Shown: piece by piece, positions 1 to 13,216 of the stretch
Position numbering within the stretch: the first letter of the stretch is position 1
How the letters are laid out: each line of letters opens with the position of its first letter
Source: Proteromonas lacertae
Taxonomy: Eukaryota
Assembly: GCA_002245135.1 (NCBI GenBank)
Contig: NGBS01000299.1
Location: 62,001-126,000, forward strand
DNA length: 64,000 nucleotides
Direction of reading: 5' to 3'
The notes under the pieces: model-generated
Seen by the model: only the letters and a program-made list of their open reading frames with translations
The model's database searches: none
Told to the model about the DNA's origin: nothing
Translations under genes and position numbers: made by a program

Positions 1-287
1 GTGGCAAAAGAATTATTAGTTTGGGACGTGTTGCTTCTATTGAAGTGAATCATAAACAAGTGAATAACATACGTCCTGGAGGTAATGATGTTGCAATTAG
101 TATAAATTCTACTAATGAAGAAGAACATCATGTTATGTATGGTAGACAGTTTGATAATACATATGCATTATATAGTAAGATTAGTAGAACTACCATTGAT
201 TGTTTGAAAGACCATTATAGAGGTGAGATGCTTCCTGATGATTGGAAATTGATTATGGAATTAAAGAATATATTGGATATTATATAA
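1..287 (+). CDS. eIF5B: Translation initiation factor eIF5B, C-terminal part (gene starts before window)
   Basis: GRVASIEVNHK...MYGRQFD...LYSKISRTTIDCLKDHYR..M...DWKLIMELK matches the eIF5B domain IV C-terminus; TAA at 285-287. Confidence 0.88.
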   Translation, partial: GKRIISLGRVASIEVNHKQVNNIRPGGNDVAISINSTNEEEHHVMYGRQFDNTYALYSKISRTTIDCLKDHYRGEMLPDDWKLIMELKNILDII

Positions 288-352
288 ATAATACGAATGA
301 AAGACAAATACAAACTGAATTAATTATTTTTTTCTATTTTTTTGTTATTTCC

Positions 353-1281
353 TTAATTTTTGAGGGTTTTTGGATTTGTATCTAATGTATTTGGCATTGG
401 ATTACCAAATTTATTCTCAAAAATAACCTGATCTATTATAATTAATGATATGTAATGATACTTGGTAGATATCTTGCTGATTCAAACACATGAGCATCTG
501 GAGCAGCATATCCTACAGCACAAACAGTAGAAACTTGATATCCAGGTGGAACATTAAATACATTTGCTAATTTATCTTTCATTAAACCAGCCATGACCAA
601 TGTTGCTAATCCATAAGCAGTACATAAATTTATAAATGATCCAATTACTAAACCAACATTTTCTTCAGCATACGCAAGAGAAGGAATATTCATATTCTTT
701 GGAAGATTTTTCATACATATATTTGGTGGAAATACATTTTGAACTATAATATCAATGTATATAATATTATTAATAATAATTATACAAAATGTAACTTGCT
801 TATCTATTTTTTCTTGAGGAGTATTTGATCTTTTCAACATTTTTTCATATATATCTAAATTTTGACATGGATCTATAATTAATTTACTTAAATATATCAA
901 ATACTAGTATCACATAAAAAAGTGACAAAGGCTGAAGCATTTTTTGTTGAAGTTGAATTACCTCCAGCCAAACATTTTCTAACTTCATCTTTCATAGTTT
1001 TATCTCTTGTAACAATAATACGATATGGTTGTATATTCATACTGGTGCACATTCTCTAAATATGTTACTAATAACTTATACTTGTGAATATCCTAATATT
1101 CTTTCTAAATGACCTTCTTCAATAGGTTTATCAATAAATTTTCTACAACTGAATCTAGAAGAAGCTATTCTTTCAGCTACCACTCCCATTTCTGGCTATA
1201 AATTGATGAAATAATAAACATTGGTTATACAATCTTTGAAACAGTGGAAAATGACGTTTTAAATAGATATCTACTTAGCAT
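353..1281 (-). CDS. Nitroreductase family flavoprotein with predicted mitochondrion-related-organelle presequence (5 short introns)
   Basis: Spliced: MLSRYLFKTSFSTVSKI|PEMGVVAERIASSRFSCRKFIDKPIEEGHLERILGYSQ|RMCTSMNIQPYRIIV...AYGLATLVMAG...VCAVGYA. RxSxRxF, NxQP and the C-terminal GY are nitroreductase hallmarks. Confidence 0.82.
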
Positions 1282-1385
1282 TTCAAAAAACAAAAATGTA
1301 TTTCTAAATTATAGTCCGTTTTTATGTCTTTTTTGGGTGTAGGAAAAATACAAAACTTTTCGTTATTAATTTATTATTTTTAAAA

Positions 1386-4300
1386 ATGCTCATGAAATAT
1401 TTATTTATTTTAGCATTATTGATGTGCTGTTGTAGGAGCGATGGGAGACTGTACGATTGATCATATTAATATCTCTATAGAAACGATGAATTGTGTTCTT
1501 ATGAAATGGTTGAAAAATCAGCTGAAACAGTTTTTTCTTACTTAGAGAATAACTTGGATACAATACAGAGCATATTGATGTTATTTTCACAATATGAACC
1601 TTTAGATTACTTGAATGCTAGTTCGAAGGATGTTACATTTCAAAAATGTGGTAATATAGAGGATAATTCTTACGAAAACGAATGGTTTGAGTATAATAAT
1701 ATTTCAATTATTCAACAAAAGAATAATTCAGCTATTTTTGATGAAGAATTATTCGAACAGTTATACACCAAAGTAGCGTTGCAGATAAAAGGATAGTATT
1801 TTTTATAATAGTTATGCTTTTTTATTAGTTTATTTGTTGTTAATTATGCAGTTCCAGGAAGTCATGGAATCGTTGTTATTCTTGGTGATGAGAATCCTAT
1901 GTTGGGTATATATATATATATAATTTTATTAATAGTCCGATTTGCATATGAATATTACACTAGAGACTATATTTGTGGTGTAAAAACAAATATGTATAAA
2001 ACTGTCATATTTGATTTGTTGCAAGAAAATCGAGATGATTATGAGGGTCATGATTGGTTATATCCTCGAATGGATGATTATTCAAACACGTTAGTTACTA
2101 CTTTTCTTGGCGCTGGTAGTGTTATGGGAGTTAAAACACTTTTAACAGTTGATGTAGAGATTAACAAATTAGCAGCAATTGTTCTTAGTAGAAAACCAAC
2201 AGAAAATGGTTTTTATATGATATTAGGTTATGATAGGAAAGGTAAAGCACAAGCATCTGGATCAATAATTGCTGCTAGTGATGAAACAGTGAAAATTGTA
2301 ATGGGTGGTAAATATACTTCTGTTGATCAAATACAAAAAACAGATGTGAATAATGTACCTACATTAGAGAAAAGTACAACTGGTTTTAAAGCTGTTTATG
2401 AAGCTTTAAGTGGAAAAGCAAATTATATTGTTATAACTACAACCAGTGGTGTTACTTATCATGTTCAATGGAGAAAATCCAAAATAGTTGATTGTGCTGT
2501 TGTTGCTGTAATACCTGTGGATGAATTAAAAGCATCTTGGAAGATGGAACCTCCTTATATTAATTTCTATTATGCATATAGTTTAGATCGTAAGACAATC
2601 AATGTAACAATTGATGATACTGTTATTACAAATACTGGAGTTTATACTTTGAATTGGCAAATTAGAAATAAAAATACTAATATAGTTGCTGATCATAATT
2701 TTGGTACATTAGGACCAGGTGAGTCTACAACTGTTCATTATTCTATAAAAGATCCACATGGTGAGAGAAATAGTTTTATATTTGAAGCATATGGTGATAA
2801 TCAGAATTGTTATGAAGTGCTATTAATTCCTCTTAAAGAATATGATATTAGTTGTACAAAAGAATATTATCATGCATTTTTAGATGGAGATTGTCACGGT
2901 TTAACTAGAACTGTTCATTTTGAATGGAATAATGGTACACAATGTCAACTAGGAGTTGCTTTACCTCAACCAACTGATATACAATGTCGTATATATTTTT
3001 ATTTTTATTTTTAAATAGAAAATCTGTTTGATAGTGAATGGTTTTGGCCAACAATTATTGTATTAGATATTTTGGAAGTTATATTCCTTATCTATTTATT
3101 TGTTCATTCATTGTTTCATAAGTTGGAGTTTCATGATAGACCAGCTCCTCATTACTATTATTTAATGTTGTTGTGTTTATTTATTTCTACAATATTCTTT
3201 CCATTTGGTTTATCATATGGAAATAATGATTTTTGTCTAGTTAATCATATCATTATTTCATTTTGTAGTGTTATGTTCCAGTCAACTCAACTTGCTATTT
3301 TATATGCTGATTATGTTGTATATATATAATTGTTTATTATCTGATTATTATAGAAATATGCAAAAACACATGTTTTGTTTTATAAAGAATCTACTCTACT
3401 GATAAGAATAGTGTTAGTGTTTTTTGTAATACAAGCTGTATTTTTAGGTATTTGGCATGATGTTACAGTTTCTGTCAAAGAAACAGTCGAAGATATTGAT
3501 TTATACCAAAGCAAATGTGATAAAAGTCTGTTTTTACCCAACAATACCAACCTGTATTTATTGATAATTATATATATTCAATAGATTGTTATTAGTTTAG
3601 CGAATGCTCTGTTTGTGTATAAAGCATTTACTGCTGAACATGCAATGATTAAAAAGGTTAAACATGTAATGGAAACTATAGGTGTTCATGCTGCTGTAGC
3701 TATTATACTAATAATATTATATGTTGCTATAAACAATAATTTACCACCATTTGCTGATTTTATGATTGAATATCTTATGATTGTGATTTGTACAATCTCT
3801 ACTCATGCTTATTTCCCTATTTACATGACCAAGAGTCATAAAGTGAAGAATATTGGTGAAGAATCAACAACTGTAGAAGAAGAAAAAGGAATGACTAATT
3901 CAAAGATTATATTCAGTGATCCAATTACAAGATCCTATTTGAAACAGTTTATGGCTAAGTCCTTGCAAGATGAAAGTATAGTATTTTGGGAAACAATTAA
4001 TGAATTAGAAGACATACAAGATAAAATAACAAAAGAACAAAAGATTAAATATTGTGAACAAATATATAATAAATTCATTAAAGAAGGATCTGATATGGAA
4101 ATTAATATTAACTCTACAATGAGAAATAAAATTACCAGTAAAAAACAGAAGAATGTATCTATATATTCATATTTCTATTATATATTTTCAAATAGCCTGA
4201 TAATGTTAATATGTTTAAATCAGCTAAAACAGAGATGGAGAAGTTGATTGTTGATAATAATTTCCATAGTTTCATTTCATCTGATTTGGGTAAGAAGGCT

Positions 4301-4751
4301 GAGGAAGTTAATAATTGGTTTAAATCATTTTCATTCCTTAATGATACTGTTAAGAAAGCAATAGCAGAAAAAGTCTATTTGGAGAGAAAATCGTTATTTA
4401 TCAGTGAATATTGTATATATTAATAATATATTATTGTATCAAATAGTTGATCCACCATTTTCAACTATCACATCTGAGAAAATTGATAATGTAGAAAAAA
4501 CTTCTGTTTCATCAGTGAAATCTACAAATAATATGGAAGTTAAAAAAGAAAATATAACACCTATCCCAGCTGAAGTATCTGCAAATGATAATACATCAAC
4601 TACAGGTCAAACTACAATCGATATTAAAGCTCCTAATTCACCAGATAGTAGTTTGGCTTTATCAGCTAAACAAAAAGAAGTTCGACATATTTTGCCAAAT
4701 AACAGCACTGGTATGGTTAAACTACCCACATCTGTAAATGAAGATTTATAA
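1386..4751 (+). CDS. 7TM-RGS protein: signal peptide, large ectodomain, seven predicted TM helices, cytoplasmic RGS domain (~8 introns)
   Basis: Signal peptide MLMKYLFILALLMCCCRS; exons join through short GT-AG introns; hydrophobic segments at 3040-3830; RGS motifs IFSDPITRSYLKQFMAKSLQDESIVFW, IYNKFIKEGSDMEININ, FKSAKTEMEKLIVDNNFHSFISS. One junction (~3550-3585) does not splice cleanly. Confidence 0.8.
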
Positions 4752-5024
4752 ATGAATTTAATTATATGAATTTTGTGTTTATTTATTTCCATAATGTAAA
4801 ATAATTGTTATTAAAGTAAAACTTTCTTACAAAAATGCCATTTGAAAAGAATTTTCTGACAAACACTTCAAAATGTCACTTTTATACCATAGAAGTAATG
4901 ATGTTAATATTAGTAGTAGTATTTAAATGTAGAATGCAATTAAATTTGACAAAAAGTGTTTAATTTGTTTGTAATTTATAAAAAAAACAATTCCAACAAA
5001 TAAGCCATTATGTTTCAATAACAA

Positions 5025-8000
5025 TTACAATAATGGCTTTTCTAAATTAACAGCTTCTTCATTTTTGTTTGTTTTTGTCTTCTTAACATATTTATAAATT
5101 GCCATTCCTATCATTCCAATAATAGCTACAGAAGCAACACCTAATAATGCAGCTAAAGTAGCATATGAAACACTAGAACAATTACTATCAATATCACCCC
5201 ATACTCCTTTTCCATCAATTAATAAACATTCTCTTCTTTCTGTTCCTTTTTCATCACATGGAATTTCTGCTATTTGACCAACCAATGTTTTAGGCCATTT
5301 TCCTTCAGCTTCACAGAATATTTCTTCAATTTTAATGATTATATCTTCAGTTGTTGATTCACCAGAACTTTTAATTATCAATTTATAATTCGTTGTATTT
5401 GATATTTCTTTCACTTTTCCATACACTATTCCATTCAAACTAATGAATTTCATTCCATTTGGTAATTGAGGTTCTATTTCATATGTTATATTTTCACCAA
5501 CAGCTTTTACTAAAGTGAATGGTTTGATTTCAACACCAGGTACAAATACATTTTCTTTATGTATTTCTGTTATAATAGGTTTGTTTGGTAATATCATATC
5601 TAATTTCATATCATAATAAACATAGCCATTTGGATTAGCTACATTTATTCTACATTGAGTTGGTGTATCTGATGTATCAAATGTCTTTCCTTTTATTAAT
5701 CCAGTTTTTGCATCCATTTCTAATCCTTTTGGTAAATAACTGATTGAATATACTAAATCATTACCTAACACTATTCCTGTATATTTGAATACATCTTCAC
5801 CTATATTAATATCTAAAGTTCCTGCTGCTCCAATTACTATTGGAATATTAGATACTTCTATTAAATAATCGATATTAATATCAGAATGATCATTTGGAGT
5901 TTCAGCTCTTATTATCATTTTTTCATTTCTATTATTATAATTATTCTTTGATTCTATTTCTCCTGTTAATATACCAGTCTTTTTATCTAATTCTAAATTT
6001 CCAGGTAAAAGAGTGGTATTACTGTATGTTAAATCTTTACCATAAACATCATAGACAGATAATTTCTTATAATTAATTCCATAATGAAGTGTAATTTTAT
6101 TAACTACACTTAAAACATTTGGCTTTTCTGGAAATGTAGCTGTAATATTAATTGGATAGTACAATGTTCTATATTCATTCTTTACTGTTAATAGATATTC
6201 AACATTATTAATTTCTCCTTCTAAAATACCATTCAATAAACCATCAGATGTTAATTCCATACCTACTGGTAAGAGAGGATGAATTTCATAACTCAAACCA
6301 TTACCAGTTATATCGAATATCTTTTCATTATTATAAATAACACCACTATTAATAGATACACTATTATCTTTCATAAGTATTACTGGATAATTAGATTCTT
6401 TTACTGTAATAGATATTTTCATAGTTACTTCACCATAATCATTCTTTATTTTAATATTATATTCAGTTTTATCCATCACTTCATCACATTTACCTTTAAT
6501 CATTCCATCTTGAAGTGATAAACATTTTGGTAATTCTGGTTCAGATGAATATACTAAATTCATTCCACTAAATTCACCAATTGATTCACTATTATATTCA
6601 CTCTTCGTTAGAATAATATTATCTATTTCATTCAATATGATTGGCTCTTCTTCACAGTAATTCTCTATTTCTTTCCATCTTGGATTAACTCCATTCATAC
6701 ATTCAAATACTTTACTATTCTTTGCTTCATTCTTACATGGAACACTGATGATTTCACCTCCAGCAGTTTCTGGTAAATCACCTAATGCTTTACAGACTGT
6801 ATTTCTACAACTTAATAAATGTAATTTGTTAATATTCATTTGATCATTATCACCAGTAGCATTATTTACTGCACTAATATTCAATCGAATCGTATTAAAT
6901 CCATTACTATTTCCATAAAATCTAACATATTTATAACTCTTCTTTTCTTTTAAATTTAAATCATCTACTTTAATTAGGTTTGTTGTTGATGCTGTTGTTG
7001 AGTCTCTTCCTTGAACATTTATTGATTTAGGATTTGCATTGACTTTATAATTATCATCTTCAGCATAACTTTCAACATATAATACATTTGGATAGAAATA
7101 GTTATTTTCACCAAAATTATATTCAATTAAAACATTATCATTTCCACTTTCAAAATCATTGGGTAAAGCAGTTGCCCAATATTTATTATTATTTAAAAAT
7201 ACGTTTCTTACATCTGTATCATATAAACTCATATCTTTAGGATAATAATTCTTAACAAAGCCAGAATAATCAGCTAGACTATTACATCCTTCATGATCAT
7301 CTAACAAATCAATTGTCAAGTTGAAATGAGGATATTTCGTTTCACTATCATGTTTATGTAATTCTACAGCTATTAATGTCTTTTCAGTAGTCATTAAATC
7401 TAATGGAATTAAGTATTTTATATTGGCTATTACATCATTATAATCACTTGCTGGAGTATTTTCATCATATTTATCATAATCCATATTAGCTTTATAAACT
7501 TGTTGTTCATTTACATATACAATAATACCAGATAAATAGTTGAATGATATCAATGTTGATACATATGGTAAATCTTTATTAACATCAAAAGAATAACGAA
7601 TATAAGTTGTATTTGTTGTAGTTTTTGGAATTTCATTGAATAAAGATGTCTTCCAATCATCTTTTGTATCAAATTTCCAATAATTTTCTAAATAATGATA
7701 TGAATAACTCCATTGAATCTTTGAGTGTAAAAATGGATGTAAATGGAAAGGAATATTCTTCAAATGAACTGATTCTTCTACAGTATATTCGCCATACACG
7801 AAATTATTGATTTTTACAGTTATATAACCATTCTTCCATCCTTCTAATTTTTCACTTCTGTCATATAAATGAAGTAAATAATCATCATCAGTTAGACATA
7901 TTACATCTGTACGATCTTTAATCGTATTTTTATACATATTTGCACTATAGATTTCTTTTCCTTCACTTCCACTTAATGATAAGGACATATGCTTTTTCAC

Positions 8001-9251
8001 ATCTTCATTGTCAATGTGATATATAATTTCATATGATATTTTACCTTGACCTTGACAACTTAAGAAAGAATCTTTTGATACTTTCACTGGGAATTTGGCA
8101 GTAACAGATAATCCTTCACAACTCTTTGCATATATAATCATATTCTCATCAGTTAATTGAGAATAATATCCCCACAGTTTACCTGTTTCTAGATCAAAAT
8201 TAACTGTATCTGGTAAATGATAAGGTTTCGAAAACGAATACATACATCCTGTAACTTCTGGATAAAGAGTAAATCTTTCATATAATTTCAAATTCAATAG
8301 TTTTCCATTATTATATTGTAATGACGGTTTATGATATTTAGTTGAGAATATATCATCGTATGATTTATATGGTTGATAATTCTTACTAACAACTCCTTTA
8401 CCATCAGCAGTTACATTTAATTTAAATTCATAAACAACATTATCAATATGGAATTTATATTCACCTGGAATTAAACATAAAAATGTCTCATTTTGTAGAC
8501 TTGTTAATACAATTTCATTGCTTGAATTACCATTAACACTTGTCATTATTAACTTTATTGAACTTTCTTCATAAGTTGAAATATAGGTAAATATATGAAC
8601 TTGTTCATTTTCTTTACATAAAGATTCTAAAGGAATAACAATCTCACCAGTCTTAGAATGCTTACCATCAGTTGCTTTGAAGTTAAAACTATATAAACAT
8701 AAGAATAAAGAAAATATAATATATATATACTCAATATAGTTGTATGTTGATTGTGTAATTCCTCTCATTCTTAAATGTCCATTCTTTGTATCTGATGCTA
8801 ATCCTGGTACAGAATTCATTACTATATATTGTGTAACAACTCCTTCTACGTTGTATACCTCAAAATCAACTTTGGTTCCCTTTTTGAACTTAGGTGGTTC
8901 GTCTTTATAATCTTTTCCTGTTAATAGATCATGAATATAAAAACCTCCTGGAACAATATAATTCTTTAATCTAATTTCAACAAATGTGATGTATTTTGAA
9001 CTATCTGTTTCTATTGTTATTGTATATTTAGTCAAATCCATATTCTCAATTAAAGGAATGCCAGTTATTTCACCAGTAGTTTCATTAATAGCTAAACCAT
9101 CAGGTAAATCAGGTGTAACAGTAACTTTTTTAATATCTTTTGGAGGATTTAATATTCTATTTGGCATAATTGTTTCATTGAAATGATAAGTTGTTGCTGT
9201 ATAATTATATTCTATTTCTTCTTCAGGAGCTATTAAATTATAAGATTAATG

Positions 9252-9284
<33 letters not shown>

Positions 9285-10979
9285 CTATAAACAAATTCAT
9301 AATCAGCTTTTGTATCATTAAGTAACAATTCAAACTCTACATAAGGTTGATAGAAATTATTGGTATAACCATAAGAAAATGGATAAACACCTGCTTGTAT
9401 CTCACGATTTTCTATAAATACAGTTACATCACGACATATAAGCATATAACTACCGAAATCATAACCAATATCACATGAAAAAGAATCAGAATTCTTATGT
9501 ATTAATTTATATGAGCCTGATTTTTTAATTATTATATAACCTTTGTAAACTACTGAATATTCACTAGTAAAATCAATTGGTAAGTCTGGGAATCTTCTAT
9601 CAACAGTTACTGTCTGTTTTACATCAGCTTCATGTCTTCTTACATATACATCAGTATTATCTTCACTATCTGGATCATAAATTGTAAAACAATAATTGTC
9701 AAACTTATTCTTTGGTTTTGTATAAGTTGCTATTAATCCTGGTCTTGTATCTCCTCTTATTTCTATACTAATTACAATTACATTAGTTACAGATTGGATA
9801 TTTCTACAGGATATTTGATAATCAGTCTTTTCTTGTGCTTCTTCTGGGATACCTTCAATATAAACATAATCCCAATTAAAACCTAATCCTTTTGGTAATG
9901 GTTTATCACTACTACAATTCAATCTATAACCTGTTTTGATATGTAATGAAATAGTAACTTTTGCACCTTTTAGAAACATAAAATCACTTTGGTCTGTAGA
10001 TAAATCCAATAAAGGATCATATATATTATCATAATATATTGCTGGAAGTGGATATCTATTCAAAGGATCACTTGTTTTACCATAATACACTAAGAAATAA
10101 GCAGCATGCTTAGATTCAGAATAAGATTCAACAAATGCTAAAAATGAATGAACACCTTTCTTTAAATGAATTGTTGCATTCAAATTTGCTACTGTTGTAC
10201 TACAAATATGGAATCCACTGATTAATTTAACTCCATCAATGTATAATTCGGCTGTATCATACGTACTGACATAAAAATTATAATCATCTTCTTGATCGAT
10301 TGTCATATTCCATCTGTAATATTGTGTATATGGTATGTATAATAAACCAGGAAATAAATCACCAAATTCACCTAAGTCTTTATAACCATGAAATGTTGGA
10401 GTAAATGTATTACCTTTTCTTGGCTCATTTGGAGTTACCCATGGTCTGTGACAAACATGTTGTAAATAAGTTGTATAATTGTAATTAATACCAGGTGTAT
10501 CTACATTATTAGCTGCATCAATTCTAATTTCAAACACGTAGGTCTTATCACCAGCTCGAACTTGTACAGTTTTTTTCACTTCAATTGCAGGATTTCCTGG
10601 AGTTATAGTTATATCACCACTCTTCCTGTCAATTGAGATTGAAGCATTAGATCCAACAGTTTTTGAAATGTCATCTACAAATTCAAACGAGTCTGCTTTT
10701 TGATTGCATTTTATTTTGTATATGGTTATATATACTGGCCATCTAAACAAATGAGAGAAAGAGTAATGACATTCCAATTGCATATCTTCATTACTCTTTG
10801 TCTTAATCAGAGAATTTACCCTTCTTTCTCTATCCTCACGAGATGATAGGTTGGGAATCTTTTCTTCTCGAAGGCCATCATTTACACTTGCGCTTTGGAC
10901 TGCTACAAAAATGCCTATAAAATAATAATAACATAAAATTAATACTAACAGCAACCAATACAATAAGAAAACTCTTCAT
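5025..10979 (-). CDS. Large type I membrane surface protein with PA14-like domains, putative Ig (He_PIG-like) repeats, jelly-roll modules and Cys-rich modules
   Basis: Signal peptide MKSFLIVLVAV|SIFVAVQS; ORFs 9233-10963 and 5025-9167 are joined by a (TA)n intron at ~9230-9285; repeated LPxGL...TG.I.G motifs; C-terminal TM ATLAALLGVASVAIIGMIGMAIY followed by a basic tail. Confidence 0.75.
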
Positions 10980-11348
10980 TGAAAATCAAAAATGCAAATG
11001 ATTGAAACACGCTCAAAAAGACACAGTTAATTATTAATGTCGTTATTACATAAAAATTCATTATGATATTGACACTAACTTTTTGTTGGATAATATAATT
11101 CTTCTGTCTCCATAGTATCAAACACAGATTATCACTTACTTGTAAACAATACATAGTTTAAGTGCTGTATTGAAGTATTTGCTAAAACTAATTGAATAAA
11201 TATTTGTTTTAGAATGAAAATGTGTATCTTAACAAAAAGAATGTTTAATTGTCATGAGTTAAGCTTTTTTAACCATTTAAAGACTGATTTAGTATTTATT
11301 GTTGATATATGTATTATAAAAAACATACAAATACATGTGACTAATAAA

Positions 11349-12415
11349 TTAAACACAACATGGTTGTGATAAAGCAATAAATGGATTGTATATATGTACA
11401 TTTCCTTTTGAATCTATCTGTTCATAACAGGTATAGTCATTCAAAGAATTATAAATTGTATTACCATAATTATCAAATTCAACTCTGCATTGTTGATTTC
11501 TTTTCATCTTTGTAACATATTTAACCATCTTAAAATAATTAATAACTTGGTGAGTATTAGGATCTTCTACTTTAACTCTATAAGCTGATTTTAATGATTT
11601 TAAGCTAGTATGAAGATAATGATTATGATTTACTCCTTTCAATGGTGATAATGGATCAGATACATTCTTAAGTGGTAAAGGAATAGATGGACTATCATTA
11701 TCAGCAGATGGTAATTGATTGACCAATTGAGGGATACTTAACTCAGGTATAACCAATGGAGAAACATGATTTAATGGAACTTCATTTTTAACAGAAACAT
11801 TTGAATTATCATTAGATACTATTGCTGATTTAGTGGATATTGGATTTGTTTCTTGTTTTGGTTTTGCAATATATTTGTAAGTCTTCATCTTAAAGCTTGG
11901 GCTTTCTACAGAATGAATACATTTATAACAATCTCCTGATTGTTTTTCTAACAAATATATTTTAAATATTATGTCTACATTCTTATTATCAAATATTGTT
12001 GAGTACTTCCATGCTCTTAATGTAGAATTAACAATAAAAACAATTTTATTCTGTTTAACACTTTGAGATACACAATATTTACCTTCATACCATGGACTAT
12101 CACTCTTGATATCATTAACTAAATCTGGAACGTAATAAATATCTCCAACTTTTATTCTACTACTCTTTTCTTCATTCACAATTTCGAAATTACCAAGAAT
12201 GCTATATTCTGTGATTGATTTATCTAAACTATCGCAATATACAGTAATTGAATCACCACAGAATCCTTTAGTCTATAATTTAACTAAAAAATTGACTATA
12301 CTTTATGAATCTTATTCAGATGGTCAGGAAAACATAGCACTCGTCTTTCTGATTTTGAAATGATCTTTCTATAGTAGAAATCTTTCCAATCAATACTTGA
12401 ATCTAATGAAATCAT
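11349..12415 (-). CDS. Hypothetical protein (1 intron); N-terminal domain RVLCFPDH...HKTKGFCG...SPSF followed by a low-complexity region
   Basis: ATG at 12415; the intron at ~12273-12301 splices in frame into ORF 11349-12179. Function not recognised. Confidence 0.6.
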
Positions 12416-12566
12416 TTTTGTTAAGTCGCAAACATGTTTGATACTTAACAAAAATGTCAGTTATTTTTTGATACATTTCTTATAATTTGATAAATAAAGC
12501 AACAAAACAAATCATATGATAATAACTAGGACATAAGATAAATTCCGAACATCATTTAAACACAAA

Positions 12567-13182
12567 TTAAGCAAATGGATCTTCACCAAAATCACCAAAA
12601 CCATCTCCTGAGGCAAATGGATCTTCTGCTGGAGCTTCAGCAGGTGGTGGTGGTGGTGGAGGAGGAGGAGCAGGTGCTTCTTCCTTCTTTGGTTTCTTCT
12701 CACGTTTTTCAGATTTCTCTGACTTTTCTGATTCTCTGACTTTCTGATTTCTCTTTCTTACTACTACTACTTATATCACTACTATTTGATGATGAATGCT
12801 TTGGTTTTGAAGAAGAAGAAGCATTAGTTGATGCTGTTGAAGATGCTGAAGGTTTAGTGGTTGTAGATGAAGATGTAGGTGTTAATCTTTGAATATTCAT
12901 CTGAGTCTTAATAGTAGATACCTTTGGTTCATGTTCAATATCTTCTACATCCTCCTCATCTTCTTCATCATCATTATCATCTTCATATTCACCTTTTTCT
13001 TTAGCACATATCTCACAGATAGTGAATTGTGTTGGTATATCATATTCTTTCATTGGATCAACACTTCTTAAACAAGCTTCATACTTTGATAAGTAATCTT
13101 TTGTAATATCATATAATCCAGATATTCTACCAAACAAATCTAATTGATATTTGTTAAACTCAGTACATTGTTCAGGATACTG

Positions 13183-13216
<34 letters not shown>

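Noticed and set aside
12709..12750. Apparent kinesin stop at 12709
   Set aside because: Caused by two missing A residues in the GAGAAATCA/GAAAAGTCA (EKS) repeat; most likely assembly error.
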